This document shows positions 28,439-39,809 of a DNA stretch of 45,021 nt, piece after piece (positions within the stretch are counted from its first letter, which is position 1; every line of letters starts with the position of its first letter). The DNA comes from Chloroflexota bacterium (lineage in GTDB: Bacteria > Chloroflexota > Limnocylindria > Limnocylindrales > CSP1-4): positions 1 to 45,021 of the forward strand of contig JBJMNA010000013.1 of assembly GCA_045804485.1 (NCBI GenBank), written 5' to 3'. A model generated the notes under the pieces. That model saw only the letters and a program-made list of their open reading frames with translations. It did not search any database and was not told where the DNA came from. The translations under genes were made by a program, and so were the position numbers.

Positions 28439-28461
28439 CGAAGAGACACAGGGAGCATCAC

Positions 28462-30402
<1,941 letters not shown>

Positions 30403-30421
30403 GCCTCCCCAGAGACGAACC

Positions 30422-30452
30422 GAGCCCGGGCTTCTGCCCGGGCTCTTCGATT
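30422..30452 (+). terminator. Rho-independent terminator after dnaK
   Basis: GAGCCCGGGC-ttct-GCCCGGGCTC forms a 10-bp stem and is followed by TTCGATT. Confidence 0.7.
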
Positions 30453-30571
30453 CCCGGCGGAGGCGCGGCGCGCGGCGGCACTGCGTCGGTCGCCAGACGG
30501 TCGGGGAGTAGCATCAGCGACCTGCACGGCGGCGATCCGACCGCTCTGCTCGCCGCGAGGGAAGGCTCGAG

Positions 30572-31918
30572 TTGCCGCCTGAGACGCAGTACGCACGGGT
30601 GGGGGACCTCAACATCGGCTATCAGGTCGTCGGCGACGGCCCGATCGACGTCACGCTCGTCGACCAATGGTTCAGCAACGTCGTCGGGCAATGGCACCTC
30701 CCGCCCCTGGCGAGGTTCATCGACCGGCTCGCCGAGTTCAGTCGTGTCGTCCTGTTGGACAAGCGCGGGACGGGCGTCTCGGACCCCGTCCCGCTCGGTG
30801 GTCTGCCGACGCTCGACGAGTGGATGGACGACCTTCGCGCTGTCCTCGATGCAGCAGGCTCGGAGAGGACGGCCCTGCTGTCTGGCGCAGGGACGTCGTA
30901 TCTGACCATCCTGTTCGCGGCGACGTACCCAGAACGAACATCGGCGCTGATCCTCGTCGACGGCTACCCGCGGATCAGCGCCGCGCCCGGCTACGTCCCC
31001 GGGCTGCCAGCGGGATTGCCGCCCGAAGACGCGGACCGCATCCGTGCCGGGTGGGGGCATGGGGCCCTGCTTGGAATCCTCGCCCCGGACGACGCCGACG
31101 ACGCGGCGCTGCGCCGCAGCTATGCCGAGTACGAGAGCCTGTCGGGGAGCCCGGAGATGGCCGTCGCCATGATCCGGATGCTGTACGAGGGCGACGTTCG
31201 CGACGTGCTGCCGGCCGTTCGCGTCCCGACTCTGATCGTCAACCACAAGCGCTCCGCCCGCATCCCTGCGGCCATCAGCGCCTACATGGCGGAGCAGATC
31301 CCGGGCGCGAAGCATGTCGAGATCCCCGGCAGTGCGAACCTGATCTGGGCGGGCGACCAGGAGGCTGTCCTCGCGGAAGTCCAGGAGTTCCTGACGGGCA
31401 TCCGGCCACATCCCGAGCCCGACCGCGTGCTCGCGACGGTCCTCTTCAGCGACATCGTCGAGTCCACGCGTCAGGCCGCTGAGATCGGTGACACCCGGTG
31501 GCGCCACCTGTTGGACGCATATCGCGCGCTTGTCCGACGAGAGTTCGAGCGCCATCGCGGCCGGGAGATCGACACGACCGGCGACGGTTTCCTCGCGACC
31601 TTCGATGGCCCCGCGCGAGCGATCCGTTGCGCGATCGCGATCCGAGACGGTGTCGGTTCGCTGGGACTCGAGGTCCGCGGCGGACTCCACACCGGCGAGA
31701 TCGAGCTGATGGGCAAGAACGTCGGTGGCATCGCGGTTCATATCGGCGCGCGCGTCGCTGCACTGGCCGCGCCAGGCGAGGTCCTCGTATCAAGCACCGT
31801 CAAGGAACTGGTCGCGGGGTCGGGGATCTCCTTCGACGATCGCGGGACTCACGAGCTCAAGGGCGTGCCCGATCCGTGGCGGGTGTTTGCCGTGAGGCCA
31901 CCTGAGGGACGTGCCTGA
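30572..31918 (+). CDS. Alpha/beta-hydrolase-fold domain fused to a class III adenylate/guanylate cyclase domain
   Basis: The N-terminal half has alpha/beta-fold hallmarks (VVLLDKRGTGVSD, ALILVDGY), but no clear GxSxG is seen at the elbow (LLSGAGTSYL). The C-terminal half carries the cyclase motifs TVLFSDIVEST, TTGDGFLATF and GIAVHIGARV. The domain order resembles mycobacterial Rv1900c-type proteins. The TTG start follows GGGAAGG. Confidence 0.8.
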   Translation: MPPETQYARVGDLNIGYQVVGDGPIDVTLVDQWFSNVVGQWHLPPLARFIDRLAEFSRVVLLDKRGTGVSDPVPLGGLPTLDEWMDDLRAVLDAAGSERTALLSGAGTSYLTILFAATYPERTSALILVDGYPRISAAPGYVPGLPAGLPPEDADRIRAGWGHGALLGILAPDDADDAALRRSYAEYESLSGSPEMAVAMIRMLYEGDVRDVLPAVRVPTLIVNHKRSARIPAAISAYMAEQIPGAKHVEIPGSANLIWAGDQEAVLAEVQEFLTGIRPHPEPDRVLATVLFSDIVESTRQAAEIGDTRWRHLLDAYRALVRREFERHRGREIDTTGDGFLATFDGPARAIRCAIAIRDGVGSLGLEVRGGLHTGEIELMGKNVGGIAVHIGARVAALAAPGEVLVSSTVKELVAGSGISFDDRGTHELKGVPDPWRVFAVRPPEGRA

Positions 31919-31940
31919 CTCGCGCGTCCACCGAAGCGCT

Positions 31941-32282
31941 GTGAAGAGACTGGCCGCCCTCGTGTTCGCGCTGACCGTCGGTCTCGGCAGTGTCGGCTGC
32001 GCTGGGTGCCCGACGGCGCTGCTCGAAGGTGTCCTCGTCGTCGATGGTCAGCGTGGACTCGCGGTGCAAGGCGACGGCGGCACCGTCACGCCCGTCACCT
32101 GGCCGGGCGATACGCACGTCACGCAGGACGGCGACCACCTCGCCCTCGCGAACACGCTTGGTTCCGTCTTTGCACGGGAAGGCGAGTTCGCGTCCATGGC
32201 CGGCGGAGTCCCTGGCGACGGTCCACGATTCGCAGCATGCGGGCCGATCGCCGTGAGGGCATCTCCGTCGCCGACGCGGTAG
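31941..32282 (+). CDS. Small lipoprotein, unknown function
   Basis: The signal peptide and lipobox are VKRLAALVFALTVGLGSVGCAGC. The start is ambiguous (the ATG at 31911 overlaps the cyclase 3' end, and a GTG sits at 31941). Confidence 0.5.
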   Translation: MKRLAALVFALTVGLGSVGCAGCPTALLEGVLVVDGQRGLAVQGDGGTVTPVTWPGDTHVTQDGDHLALANTLGSVFAREGEFASMAGGVPGDGPRFAACGPIAVRASPSPTR

Positions 32283-32293
32283 GATGACAACAA

Positions 32294-32307
32294 ACCGACT
32301 GGTCGGT
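32294..32307. promoter_or_regulatory. Palindrome ACCGAC-TG-GTCGGT, candidate operator for the TetR that heads the men operon
   Basis: The arms are perfect 6-bp inverted repeats 21 nt upstream of the TetR ATG at 32328. Confidence 0.4.
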
Positions 32308-32327
32308 CGGTAAGTTGTGGCGAGGCG

Positions 32328-32975
32328 ATGGCAAAGCAGGACGGTCGAACGCCGACGCAGGCGGAACGGAGCCGGGCGCGGCGCGAGCAGATCCTGGACG
32401 CTGCATTCCACACGTTCAGCCGGCGCGGCTACCGCGACACGGCCGTGGACGAGATCGCGGCGGCCGCCGAGACGAGCAAGGGCGGCGTCTATTTCCACTT
32501 CCCGACGAAGGAGGCGATCTTCCGCGAGCTCGTCAAGACGACCGCGGATCGGCTCGCGGCGAAGGTGGAACGCGCTGTCGCGGCGGAGACGGACCCGATC
32601 GCCCGCGCGGACGCCGCGCTGCGCACGGTCCTTCTGACGTTCGCCGGCCATCGGACGATGGCCCGACTGCTCTTCGTCGACGCGATGGGCGCCGGCCGCG
32701 TCTTCAACGCCGAAACGAACGCGCTGCACGACCGCTTCGCGGGCATGATCGCCGGCTACCTCGATGAGGCGATCGCCGAACGCGCGATCCCGCCGATCGA
32801 CACGGCTCTCACCGGGGTCGCCTGGTTCGGCGCCCTCAACGAGATCGTCGCCCGGTGGCTCCTCACCGACGACCCCGCGCCGCTCGAAGCCAGCTATCCG
32901 GTCCTCCGCGCCCTGCTCCTCCGCAGCGTCGGCGTGGATGAGGCGCGGATCGCCGACAGCCCGAAGATCGCGTGA
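32328..32975 (+). CDS. TetR/AcrR-family transcriptional regulator, first gene of the menaquinone operon
   Basis: The HTH region is REQILDAAFHTFSRRGYRDTAVDEIAAAAETSKGGVYFHFPTKEAIF. The stop overlaps the menF start (GTGA). Confidence 0.85.
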   Translation: MAKQDGRTPTQAERSRARREQILDAAFHTFSRRGYRDTAVDEIAAAAETSKGGVYFHFPTKEAIFRELVKTTADRLAAKVERAVAAETDPIARADAALRTVLLTFAGHRTMARLLFVDAMGAGRVFNAETNALHDRFAGMIAGYLDEAIAERAIPPIDTALTGVAWFGALNEIVARWLLTDDPAPLEASYPVLRALLLRSVGVDEARIADSPKIA

Positions 32976-34369
32976 CGATCACCAACCCGCGCGCCGCGGG
33001 GCAGGCGCGTGGACTGGCCGACCTCCTGGACGTGGCGTCACGTGCACCCGGGCCGCGACCGCTGGTCGCGTCGACTCGGCCGACCGATCCCGTCGACCCG
33101 ATCGCACTGTTCGCCGCGGCGCGCGCCCAGGATCTCGAAGCCGCACTCTGGGTCCAGCCTGCGGCGGGTCGGTCGATCGTCGGGATCGGGCGCGCGTGGG
33201 CGTTCGAGGGCGGGGGACGGGACCGGTTCACGACCGCGACCGCTGCGTGGCGGGCGGTCCTGGCCGATTCGGTCGGCGATGCCCCGTTGCTCATCGGAGG
33301 ACTCGGGTTCACGGGCGAAACGCCGGCCGGTGACGACGCGTGGGCGCCCTTCGGGGCGGCCTCGCTCGTGCTTCCGACCTTCGCTGTGTCGCGGGACGGC
33401 GCCGACACCCTGACGATCTCGATCGCACCGGGCCGTCACGACGACCACCCGGATGCCGACGACGTCGACCGAGCGTGGCAATCGGTCCTGGCGGGGATCC
33501 GCGACGGCGAAGCGACACCGCAGAACCGCCTCGGTATGGTGGAGAGTCGTCCGGACCGCGCGGCGTGGGACCGGACGGTCGGCATGTTCGCCGGCGCGGT
33601 CGGGCGTGGACGGATCGACAAGGTCGTTCTCGCGCGACGTGTTCGGTTCGAGGCGGACGACGCGCTCGACATCCAGGCCGCGCTCCGCCACCTCGCGAGG
33701 ACGGCGCCCGAGAGCACGACCTTCGCCTTCTCCCGTGGCGGGACGACGTTCCTCGGCGCGACGCCGGAACGCCTCGCGCGAACCGACGGCCGCGCGTTCG
33801 AGACGGTGGCGATCGCCGGGTCGGCGCCGCGCGGGACGGATCCCGAGACCGACCGACGGTTTGCCGCGGCGCTCCTTGCGAGCGAGAAGGACCGGGAGGA
33901 GCACGCGGTCGTCGTCGACACGCTCCGGGCGGGGCTCACGTCGATCGCCGAGTCACTGGTCGTTGCCGAGACGCCCTCGATCCTGCCGCTCCGGCACGTC
34001 CAACACCTCATGACGCCGATGACCGGCACTCTCCGTGACGACGCCGGATTGCTCGCGCTCGCCGGCCTTCTTCATCCGACCCCGGCTGTCGGCGGCGAGC
34101 CGCGGGATGTCGCGCTTGACCTCATCGCCGAGCACGAGGGCTTTGACCGCGGCTGGTACGCCGGCCCGATCGGCTGGCTCGGTGCCGACGGTGATGGCGA
34201 GCTCATGGTCGCTCTGCGGTGCGCGCTCGTCCGCGGGAGCGGGGCCGTGCTGTTCGCGGGGTGCGGGATCGTCGCGGACTCGGACGCGGAGCGGGAATGG
34301 GAGGAATCGGGGCTGAAGCTTCGGACGATGATCGGCGCGCTCGGCGGCGAGGTCGAGGAGTCGGCATGA
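32972..34369 (+). CDS. menF: Isochorismate synthase
   Basis: Chorismate-binding family motifs are KVVLARR, FLGATPERL, IAGSAPRG, DREEHAVVVD, LHPTPAVGG, DRGWYAGPIGW and FAGCGIV. The men operon context supports the call. Confidence 0.85.
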   Translation: MTITNPRAAGQARGLADLLDVASRAPGPRPLVASTRPTDPVDPIALFAAARAQDLEAALWVQPAAGRSIVGIGRAWAFEGGGRDRFTTATAAWRAVLADSVGDAPLLIGGLGFTGETPAGDDAWAPFGAASLVLPTFAVSRDGADTLTISIAPGRHDDHPDADDVDRAWQSVLAGIRDGEATPQNRLGMVESRPDRAAWDRTVGMFAGAVGRGRIDKVVLARRVRFEADDALDIQAALRHLARTAPESTTFAFSRGGTTFLGATPERLARTDGRAFETVAIAGSAPRGTDPETDRRFAAALLASEKDREEHAVVVDTLRAGLTSIAESLVVAETPSILPLRHVQHLMTPMTGTLRDDAGLLALAGLLHPTPAVGGEPRDVALDLIAEHEGFDRGWYAGPIGWLGADGDGELMVALRCALVRGSGAVLFAGCGIVADSDAEREWEESGLKLRTMIGALGGEVEESA

Positions 34370-36129
34370 CGGACGTCGTCGCGCTCCGGGCGATCGCGCA
34401 CGAGCTCGTTGCGGCCGGCGTGACGGACGTCATCGTCTGCCCCGGTTCGCGGTCCACGCCGCTCGCGCTGACCATGCGTGCGCATCCTGGCCTCCGCGTG
34501 CGCGTGCTTCTCGACGAGAGATCGGCCGGGTTCTTCGCGCTTGGGCTCGCGCGCGCGGCGCGTCGGCCGGTCGCGCTCGTCGTGACCTCCGGGACGGCGG
34601 TCGCAGAGCTCCTGCCGGCCGTCGTGGAGGCGTCCCTCGCGCGTGTCCCGCTCGTGCTGCTCACCGCAGACCGGCCGCCAGAGCTTCGCGGACGTGGCGC
34701 GCCCCAGACGATCGACCAGGTCGGGATCTTCGGCGCCCACGTTCGATCGGCCCAGGACCTCCCGCTCCTCGACGGAGAGCCCGAGACGCGGCGGCACGTT
34801 CGGTCCGTCATCGGGAGGGCGGTCGCGACGGCGCGCGGCGGGCCGGCGGGACCGGTCCACCTGAACATCGGCTTCCGCGAGCCGCTCATCCCGAGCGCGG
34901 CACTCGGTCCACTCACGGAAGACGACGACGAAACGGTCGGGCCGTTCACGAGCGTCGTCAGGGGGCGGCCCGCGCTCGACGGTCCGGCCACCGGCGCGCT
35001 GGCGGGACGTCTCCGCGGTGCGAAGCGCGGACTCATCGTCGCAGGTCCGCACGACGACCCGGCACTCCCCGCTGCGCTTGCACGGCTCGCCGGCGCCACA
35101 GGCTTCCCGATCGTCGCCGACCCGCTATCGGGCGGTCGCACGGGTCCGCACGACCGGAGCTTCGTGATCGGTCACGCCGACCATCTCGTCCGTCCGGGTC
35201 CGTGGCGTGACGCGCACGAGCCCGACCTGGTCGTGAGGTTCGGCGCGACGACAACGTCGAAGCCGGTCCTGACGCTTCTCGAGGCGGCGCGGCCCGAGCA
35301 GATCGTCATGGACGGCGACCGCGGTTGGAGCGACCCGGCCATCATCCCGAGCACCTTCGTCCAGGCCGATGCGGCCTCGACGGCCGATGCGCTCGCCGAT
35401 GCACTCGACCACGGCGGCCACCCGGACCCGGCGTGGGCGCGCGCCTGGTGCGAGGCCGATCGAGCTGCCGATCGCGCCCTCACCGGCTGGCTCGACGCCG
35501 TCACCGCCCGTGGCGAGGCGTTCGAGGGCCTCCCGTTCGCCGTCCTCGGCGACCTCCTCCCCGATGGCGCTCTCCTGTGGGCAGGCAACAGCATGCCCGT
35601 GCGCGACATGGATGACTGGCTTCCCTCGACCGCCACTGCGATCCGGCCGCTGTCGAACCGGGGCGCGAATGGCATCGACGGCGTGGTCTCGACGGCACTC
35701 GGCGCCGCCGCGGCTGGCGTCGGACCGGTCGCGCTCGTCGTCGGCGACCTGTCGTTCCTGCACGACCTGAACGCGTTGGTCGCGGCCCGGCTCCACGCCC
35801 TGTCGGCGACGATCGTCCTGGTCGACAACGATGGCGGCGGCATCTTCTCGTTCCTCCCACAGGCGGCGACGGAAGCGCCGGCGGTCGGGTTGCCGGACCA
35901 CTACGAGGAGCTCTTCGGGACGCCGCACGGCATCGATGTCGGACCGATCGTCACCGCGCTCGGTGGGGACTTCGCCGACGTGACGACCGGCGATCTCCGC
36001 ACCGCCATCGCGGATTCGATCGGGGCGCCGGGTGTCCAGGTGCTCCGGTATCGGACGGACCGCACCCGCAACGTCGAGCTCCACCGCGAGGCCGCGGCCG
36101 CCGTCGCGGCAGCACTCACCGCGACATGA
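34366..36129 (+). CDS. menD: SEPHCHC synthase (2-succinyl-5-enolpyruvyl-6-hydroxy-3-cyclohexene-1-carboxylate synthase), ThDP-dependent
   Basis: The ATG at 34366 overlaps the menF stop (ATGA). Motifs are VCPGSRSTPLAL, VTSGTAVAELLPAV, LLTADRPPELR, GNSMPVRD, GANGIDG and GDLSFLHD.N. The tracked 5' extension from 34219 is shadow. Confidence 0.88.
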   Translation: MTDVVALRAIAHELVAAGVTDVIVCPGSRSTPLALTMRAHPGLRVRVLLDERSAGFFALGLARAARRPVALVVTSGTAVAELLPAVVEASLARVPLVLLTADRPPELRGRGAPQTIDQVGIFGAHVRSAQDLPLLDGEPETRRHVRSVIGRAVATARGGPAGPVHLNIGFREPLIPSAALGPLTEDDDETVGPFTSVVRGRPALDGPATGALAGRLRGAKRGLIVAGPHDDPALPAALARLAGATGFPIVADPLSGGRTGPHDRSFVIGHADHLVRPGPWRDAHEPDLVVRFGATTTSKPVLTLLEAARPEQIVMDGDRGWSDPAIIPSTFVQADAASTADALADALDHGGHPDPAWARAWCEADRAADRALTGWLDAVTARGEAFEGLPFAVLGDLLPDGALLWAGNSMPVRDMDDWLPSTATAIRPLSNRGANGIDGVVSTALGAAAAGVGPVALVVGDLSFLHDLNALVAARLHALSATIVLVDNDGGGIFSFLPQAATEAPAVGLPDHYEELFGTPHGIDVGPIVTALGGDFADVTTGDLRTAIADSIGAPGVQVLRYRTDRTRNVELHREAAAAVAAALTAT

Positions 36130-36947
36130 CTGCCGTGGATGTCGACGGCCTCCGGTGGGAGGTCCGGACCCGCGGGACCGGCACGCCGCTGCTGCTGTTC
36201 CACGGGTTCACGGGGCGCGGGACGGCGTGGGGGGCGCATGCAGCGGCCCTCGCCCGAGACCACCGCGTCGTCGTCGTCGACCTGCCGGGCCATGGCCGCT
36301 CCGCGACGCCCCGGGACCCGCGGCGAGCGTCCGTGGAGCGGTCGGCCGACGACCTCGCGACGATCCTGGACCGGCTGTCGGCGGCACCCGCCGACGTCCT
36401 TGGGTACTCGCTCGGTGCGCGGATCGCCTTGCGTCTCGCCGTGGCGCATTCGGACCACGTCCGGCGCCTCGTCCTCGAGAGCCCGTCGGCAGGGATCGCG
36501 GATCCGGTCGCACGCGCGGAGCGCGCCGCCGCCGATGAGGCGCGAGCCACCCGGCTCGAGCGCGACGGGATCGAGGCGTTCGTGTTGGAGTGGGAACGTG
36601 AACCGGTCTTCGCGAGCCATGCCGTTATGGATCCGGCTCGTCGGGCGCGTCTTCGCGCCGGGCGGCTGCGCAATACGCCCGAGGGTCTCGCGGCGAGCCT
36701 CCGGGGGGCCGGCCAGGGCGGGATGGAGCCACTCCACGACGCCCTGCCCGACATCCACGCACGAACTCTCCTCATCGCGGGCGCGCTCGACCGGGCTGGC
36801 TGTGCTCGCGCATCGGAGATCGCCGCGTGCATCCCACGGGCCCGACTCGCCATCATCGAAAACGCCGGCCATACCCCGCACCTCGAGGCGCCAAAGACGT
36901 TCCGACGCCTCGTCACGGACTTCCTTGAGGAGGACAACGTCGCATGA
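36126..36947 (+). CDS. menH: SHCHC synthase (alpha/beta hydrolase MenH)
   Basis: Motifs are [17 protein letters not shown], the nucleophile elbow GYSLGARIA and a C-terminal GHTPHLE. It sits between menD and menB, with ATGA overlaps at both ends. Confidence 0.8.
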   Translation: MTAVDVDGLRWEVRTRGTGTPLLLFHGFTGRGTAWGAHAAALARDHRVVVVDLPGHGRSATPRDPRRASVERSADDLATILDRLSAAPADVLGYSLGARIALRLAVAHSDHVRRLVLESPSAGIADPVARAERAAADEARATRLERDGIEAFVLEWEREPVFASHAVMDPARRARLRAGRLRNTPEGLAASLRGAGQGGMEPLHDALPDIHARTLLIAGALDRAGCARASEIAACIPRARLAIIENAGHTPHLEAPKTFRRLVTDFLEEDNVA

Positions 36948-37774
36948 CCGAAACAGCCGTGACCTGGACGACCGTCACCGAGTACGAGGACATCCGCTAC
37001 GAACATTCGGGGACCGGGATCGCCAAGGTCACCATCGACCGGCCCGAGGTCCTCAACGCCTTCCGGCCCGAGACCGTCAAGGAGATGATGGATGCCTTCG
37101 AACGCGTTCGCGACGATCCGTCGATCGGCTGCGCGCTGCTGACGGGCGCCGGCGACAGGGCGTTCTGCTCGGGCGGCGACCAGCGGTTCAAGGATCGCGG
37201 CGGGTATGTCGGCGGCGACGGCCTCGCGCGGCTCAACGTCCTCGATCTCCAGCGTCAGATCCGCTCCTTGCCGGTCCCCGTCATCGCGCTCGTGAACGGC
37301 TACGCCATCGGTGGTGGCCAGGTGCTGCAAGTCGTGTGCGACCTCGCGATCGCCGGCGACAACGCGATCTTCGGCCAGGTCGGTCCTCGCGTCGGCAGCT
37401 TCGACGCCGGGTTCGGGATCGGCCTCCTGGCACGGCTCGTCGGAGACCGAAAGGCGAAGGAGATATGGTTCCTGTGCCGGCGCTACGACGCCCAACAGGC
37501 GCTCGAGATGGGCCTCGTCAACCACGTCGTCCCGCTCGCCGACCTCGAGGCCGAGGGCGTCCAGTGGGCGACCGAGATCCTCGCGATGAGCCCGACCGCG
37601 ATCCGCTTCCTGAAGTCGGCGTTCCTGGTCGCGACGGACGGTCTTGCCGGGCTCCAGGAGTTCGCGGGCAACGCGACAGGGCTCTACTACACGACCGACG
37701 AGGCGCAGGAAGGCTCGACGGCGTTCCTGGAGAAGCGCAAGCCCGACTTCTCGCGGTTCCCGCGCCGCCCATGA
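36944..37774 (+). CDS. menB: 1,4-dihydroxy-2-naphthoyl-CoA synthase
   Basis: The crotonase fold is present, with MenB-specific blocks [49 protein letters not shown] and EGS.AFLEKR.PDFS.F. Confidence 0.93.
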   Translation: MTETAVTWTTVTEYEDIRYEHSGTGIAKVTIDRPEVLNAFRPETVKEMMDAFERVRDDPSIGCALLTGAGDRAFCSGGDQRFKDRGGYVGGDGLARLNVLDLQRQIRSLPVPVIALVNGYAIGGGQVLQVVCDLAIAGDNAIFGQVGPRVGSFDAGFGIGLLARLVGDRKAKEIWFLCRRYDAQQALEMGLVNHVVPLADLEAEGVQWATEILAMSPTAIRFLKSAFLVATDGLAGLQEFAGNATGLYYTTDEAQEGSTAFLEKRKPDFSRFPRRP

Positions 37775-38685
37775 CGAGCGTCGCGGTCCGGCCCTCAACG
37801 TTCCGGGTCTGGCTGCTGGCGATCCGGCCGGCGACCTTGCCGGCGGCGCTCAGCGGTGTGGTCGTCGGTCTTGGCGCGGCGCTCGCCGTCCGGACGCCCT
37901 TCCGGCTCGACACCGCGCTCGGCTGCGTCGCCGTGGCCCTGTTGCTCCAGATCACGGCCAACCTGTCGAACGACCTGTCCGACTTCCGGAAGGGCGCCGA
38001 CACGGTCGAACGCACCGGCCCGCTTCGCGTCGCGGCAGCCGGGTACGTGACGCCTCGGCAGCTCGAGATCGCGATCGCGGTGGTCATCGCCCTGGCCGGC
38101 GTCGTCGGCCTGTGGCTCACGACGGTCGGTGGGCCGATCCTGCTGGTCGTCGGCATCCTCGCGGTCATCGCCGCGGTCGCGTACACCGGCGGCCCGTGGG
38201 CATACGGCTATCGCGGCCTCGGCGAGGTCTTCGTCTTCCTGTTCTTCGGGTTCGTGGCGGTCGTCGGGACCGCCTATCTGCAGTCCGGTCGCGTCGAGCC
38301 GCTGTTCTGGGTCGCCGCGATCCCCGTCGGGGCTCTCACGACCGCGATCCTCGTCGTCAACAATCTCCGCGACATCCCGACCGACACACTCGCCGGCAAG
38401 CGGACGCTCGCCGTCGTGCTCGGCGTCCGCCGGACGCGGCTGGAATACATCGCGCTGCTGCTCGTCGCGTTCGTCGTGCCCGTCGTTCTCGTCGCGGCCG
38501 GGCGCGGGCTCGCGGTCCTGCTCCCGCTCATCGCGCTGCCGGTCGCCTCGCCGCTGCTGCGGACGGTTCGCACGTTCACGGAGCCGCGTCAGCTCAACCT
38601 CGTGCTGAAAGGGACCGCCCGGCTCGCCCTCATCTTCGGCGTCCTGTTCGCGGTCGGCCTCGCGATCGGTGGCGCGCTCGCATGA
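37771..38685 (+). CDS. menA: 1,4-dihydroxy-2-naphthoate polyprenyltransferase
   Basis: It is a UbiA-family membrane protein with motifs [14 protein letters not shown] and [17 protein letters not shown] and eight to nine TM helices. The ATG at 37771 overlaps the menB stop. The tracked ORF 36139..38685 is real only from here. Confidence 0.88.
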   Translation: MTSVAVRPSTFRVWLLAIRPATLPAALSGVVVGLGAALAVRTPFRLDTALGCVAVALLLQITANLSNDLSDFRKGADTVERTGPLRVAAAGYVTPRQLEIAIAVVIALAGVVGLWLTTVGGPILLVVGILAVIAAVAYTGGPWAYGYRGLGEVFVFLFFGFVAVVGTAYLQSGRVEPLFWVAAIPVGALTTAILVVNNLRDIPTDTLAGKRTLAVVLGVRRTRLEYIALLLVAFVVPVVLVAAGRGLAVLLPLIALPVASPLLRTVRTFTEPRQLNLVLKGTARLALIFGVLFAVGLAIGGALA

Positions 38686-39809
38686 CCGGTGTGCGTTCGC
38701 TCGTCGCCGACCGCGTCCGGATCCCGTTCCGGCGGCCGTTCGCGACGGCCACTGGGATGTGGGTCGACCGCGACGCGTGGATCGTGCGACTGATCGGTGA
38801 TGACGGACGCGTCGGAGTGGGGGAGGCGGTCGTGGCACCGGCGGACGGCGAGGTGGCTGACACGATCCTCACGGCCCTCGTGCGCGAGGCGGTGGAAGCA
38901 GGCCCGAGCGCGCTGCCGACGCTGGGTGACCTCGAGATGCACGGCGCCCCCGGGCGGGCGCTCGCGGCGGCACTTAGCGGTGCCGCGTTCGACCTCGAGG
39001 AGCGGACACCCGCCGACGAGGACGAGGACGAGGACGAAGAGGGGGTCGGGGTGAACGCGACGCTGCCGTCGCTCGGGCCGGGCGCCGCCGCCGAGGCCGC
39101 GCAGCAGGCGGTCGAATCGGGGTTCGCGACCCTGAAGGTCAAGGCCGGCGCGGAGCGGGAGACCGAGGTCCTCGTCGAGCGCGTCCGCGCGATCCGAGCG
39201 GCCGTGGGGCCGGACGTCGCGTTGCGTCTCGACGTGAACGGCGCGTGGGACCTCGAGACGGCGACGGACCGCCTGGACGCGGTCGCCCGGTTCGGCATCG
39301 AGTTCGTCGAACAGCCGCTCGCCGCCCACGACATCGACGGCATGGCCGAGCTTCGCCGGCGCGTCGGCGTCCCGATCGCAGCCGACGAGGCTGCGGCGTC
39401 GATCCGTGACGTTCGCGACCTGCTCGAAGCGGAGGCGGCCGACGTGCTGGTCATCAAGCCCGTCCGCGTCGGAGGCGCCGATGCGGTCGCCGAGATCGCC
39501 GCGATGGCGGCCGCGCGCGGCGTGCCCGTCGTGCTCAGCACGCTGTTCGAGACCGGTATCGGGATCGCCTCCGCGCTCGCGATGGCGGAACGGCTGCCGG
39601 CAGTCGGCGGCTCGCGCTGGCCCGAACCGCTCGACCACGGCCTCGCGACGGCTGGGCTTCTCGAGCACGACCTTCTCATGCGATCGCTCATCGTCGACGA
39701 CGGCCGGATGGTGCCGCCGCGCGGCGAGGCAGCCGGGGCGCTCGGCGTCGTGTTGGATGAGCGAGCGCTGGCGCGTTTCCGCGTCGACGCCGTCGGCGCG
39801 GTGTCGTGA
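38682..39809 (+). CDS. menC: o-Succinylbenzoate synthase (enolase superfamily)
   Basis: Motifs are TLKVKAG, LRLDVNGAW and FVEQP (metal ligands D/E/D), DE...S and VIKP. It contains an acidic insert, ADEDEDEDEEG. The ATG at 38682 overlaps the menA stop. Confidence 0.8.
   Translation: MTGVRSLVADRVRIPFRRPFATATGMWVDRDAWIVRLIGDDGRVGVGEAVVAPADGEVADTILTALVREAVEAGPSALPTLGDLEMHGAPGRALAAALSGAAFDLEERTPADEDEDEDEEGVGVNATLPSLGPGAAAEAAQQAVESGFATLKVKAGAERETEVLVERVRAIRAAVGPDVALRLDVNGAWDLETATDRLDAVARFGIEFVEQPLAAHDIDGMAELRRRVGVPIAADEAAASIRDVRDLLEAEAADVLVIKPVRVGGADAVAEIAAMAAARGVPVVLSTLFETGIGIASALAMAERLPAVGGSRWPEPLDHGLATAGLLEHDLLMRSLIVDDGRMVPPRGEAAGALGVVLDERALARFRVDAVGAVS

Noticed and set aside
28186-28461. 5' extension of the dnaK ORF, giving 738 aa
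   Set aside because: It overlaps grpE in another frame. The canonical [14 protein letters not shown] start with an SD is at 28462.
34219-34365. 5' extension of the menD ORF
   Set aside because: It overlaps the menF 3' end. The ATGA-coupled start at 34366 gives the conserved MenD N-terminus.
36116-37798. 560-aa minus-strand ORF across menH and menB
   Set aside because: It is antisense to MenB, one of the most conserved genes in the window, and has shadow composition.
36139-38685. 848-aa plus-strand ORF
   Set aside because: Only the last 304 codons (from the ATG at 37771) encode MenA. The upstream part is an alternative frame over menH and menB with Arg/Ser/Pro-rich nonsense.
37644-39809. 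721-aa plus-strand ORF
   Set aside because: Only the part from the ATG at 38682 (MenC) is real. The upstream part overlaps menA out of frame.
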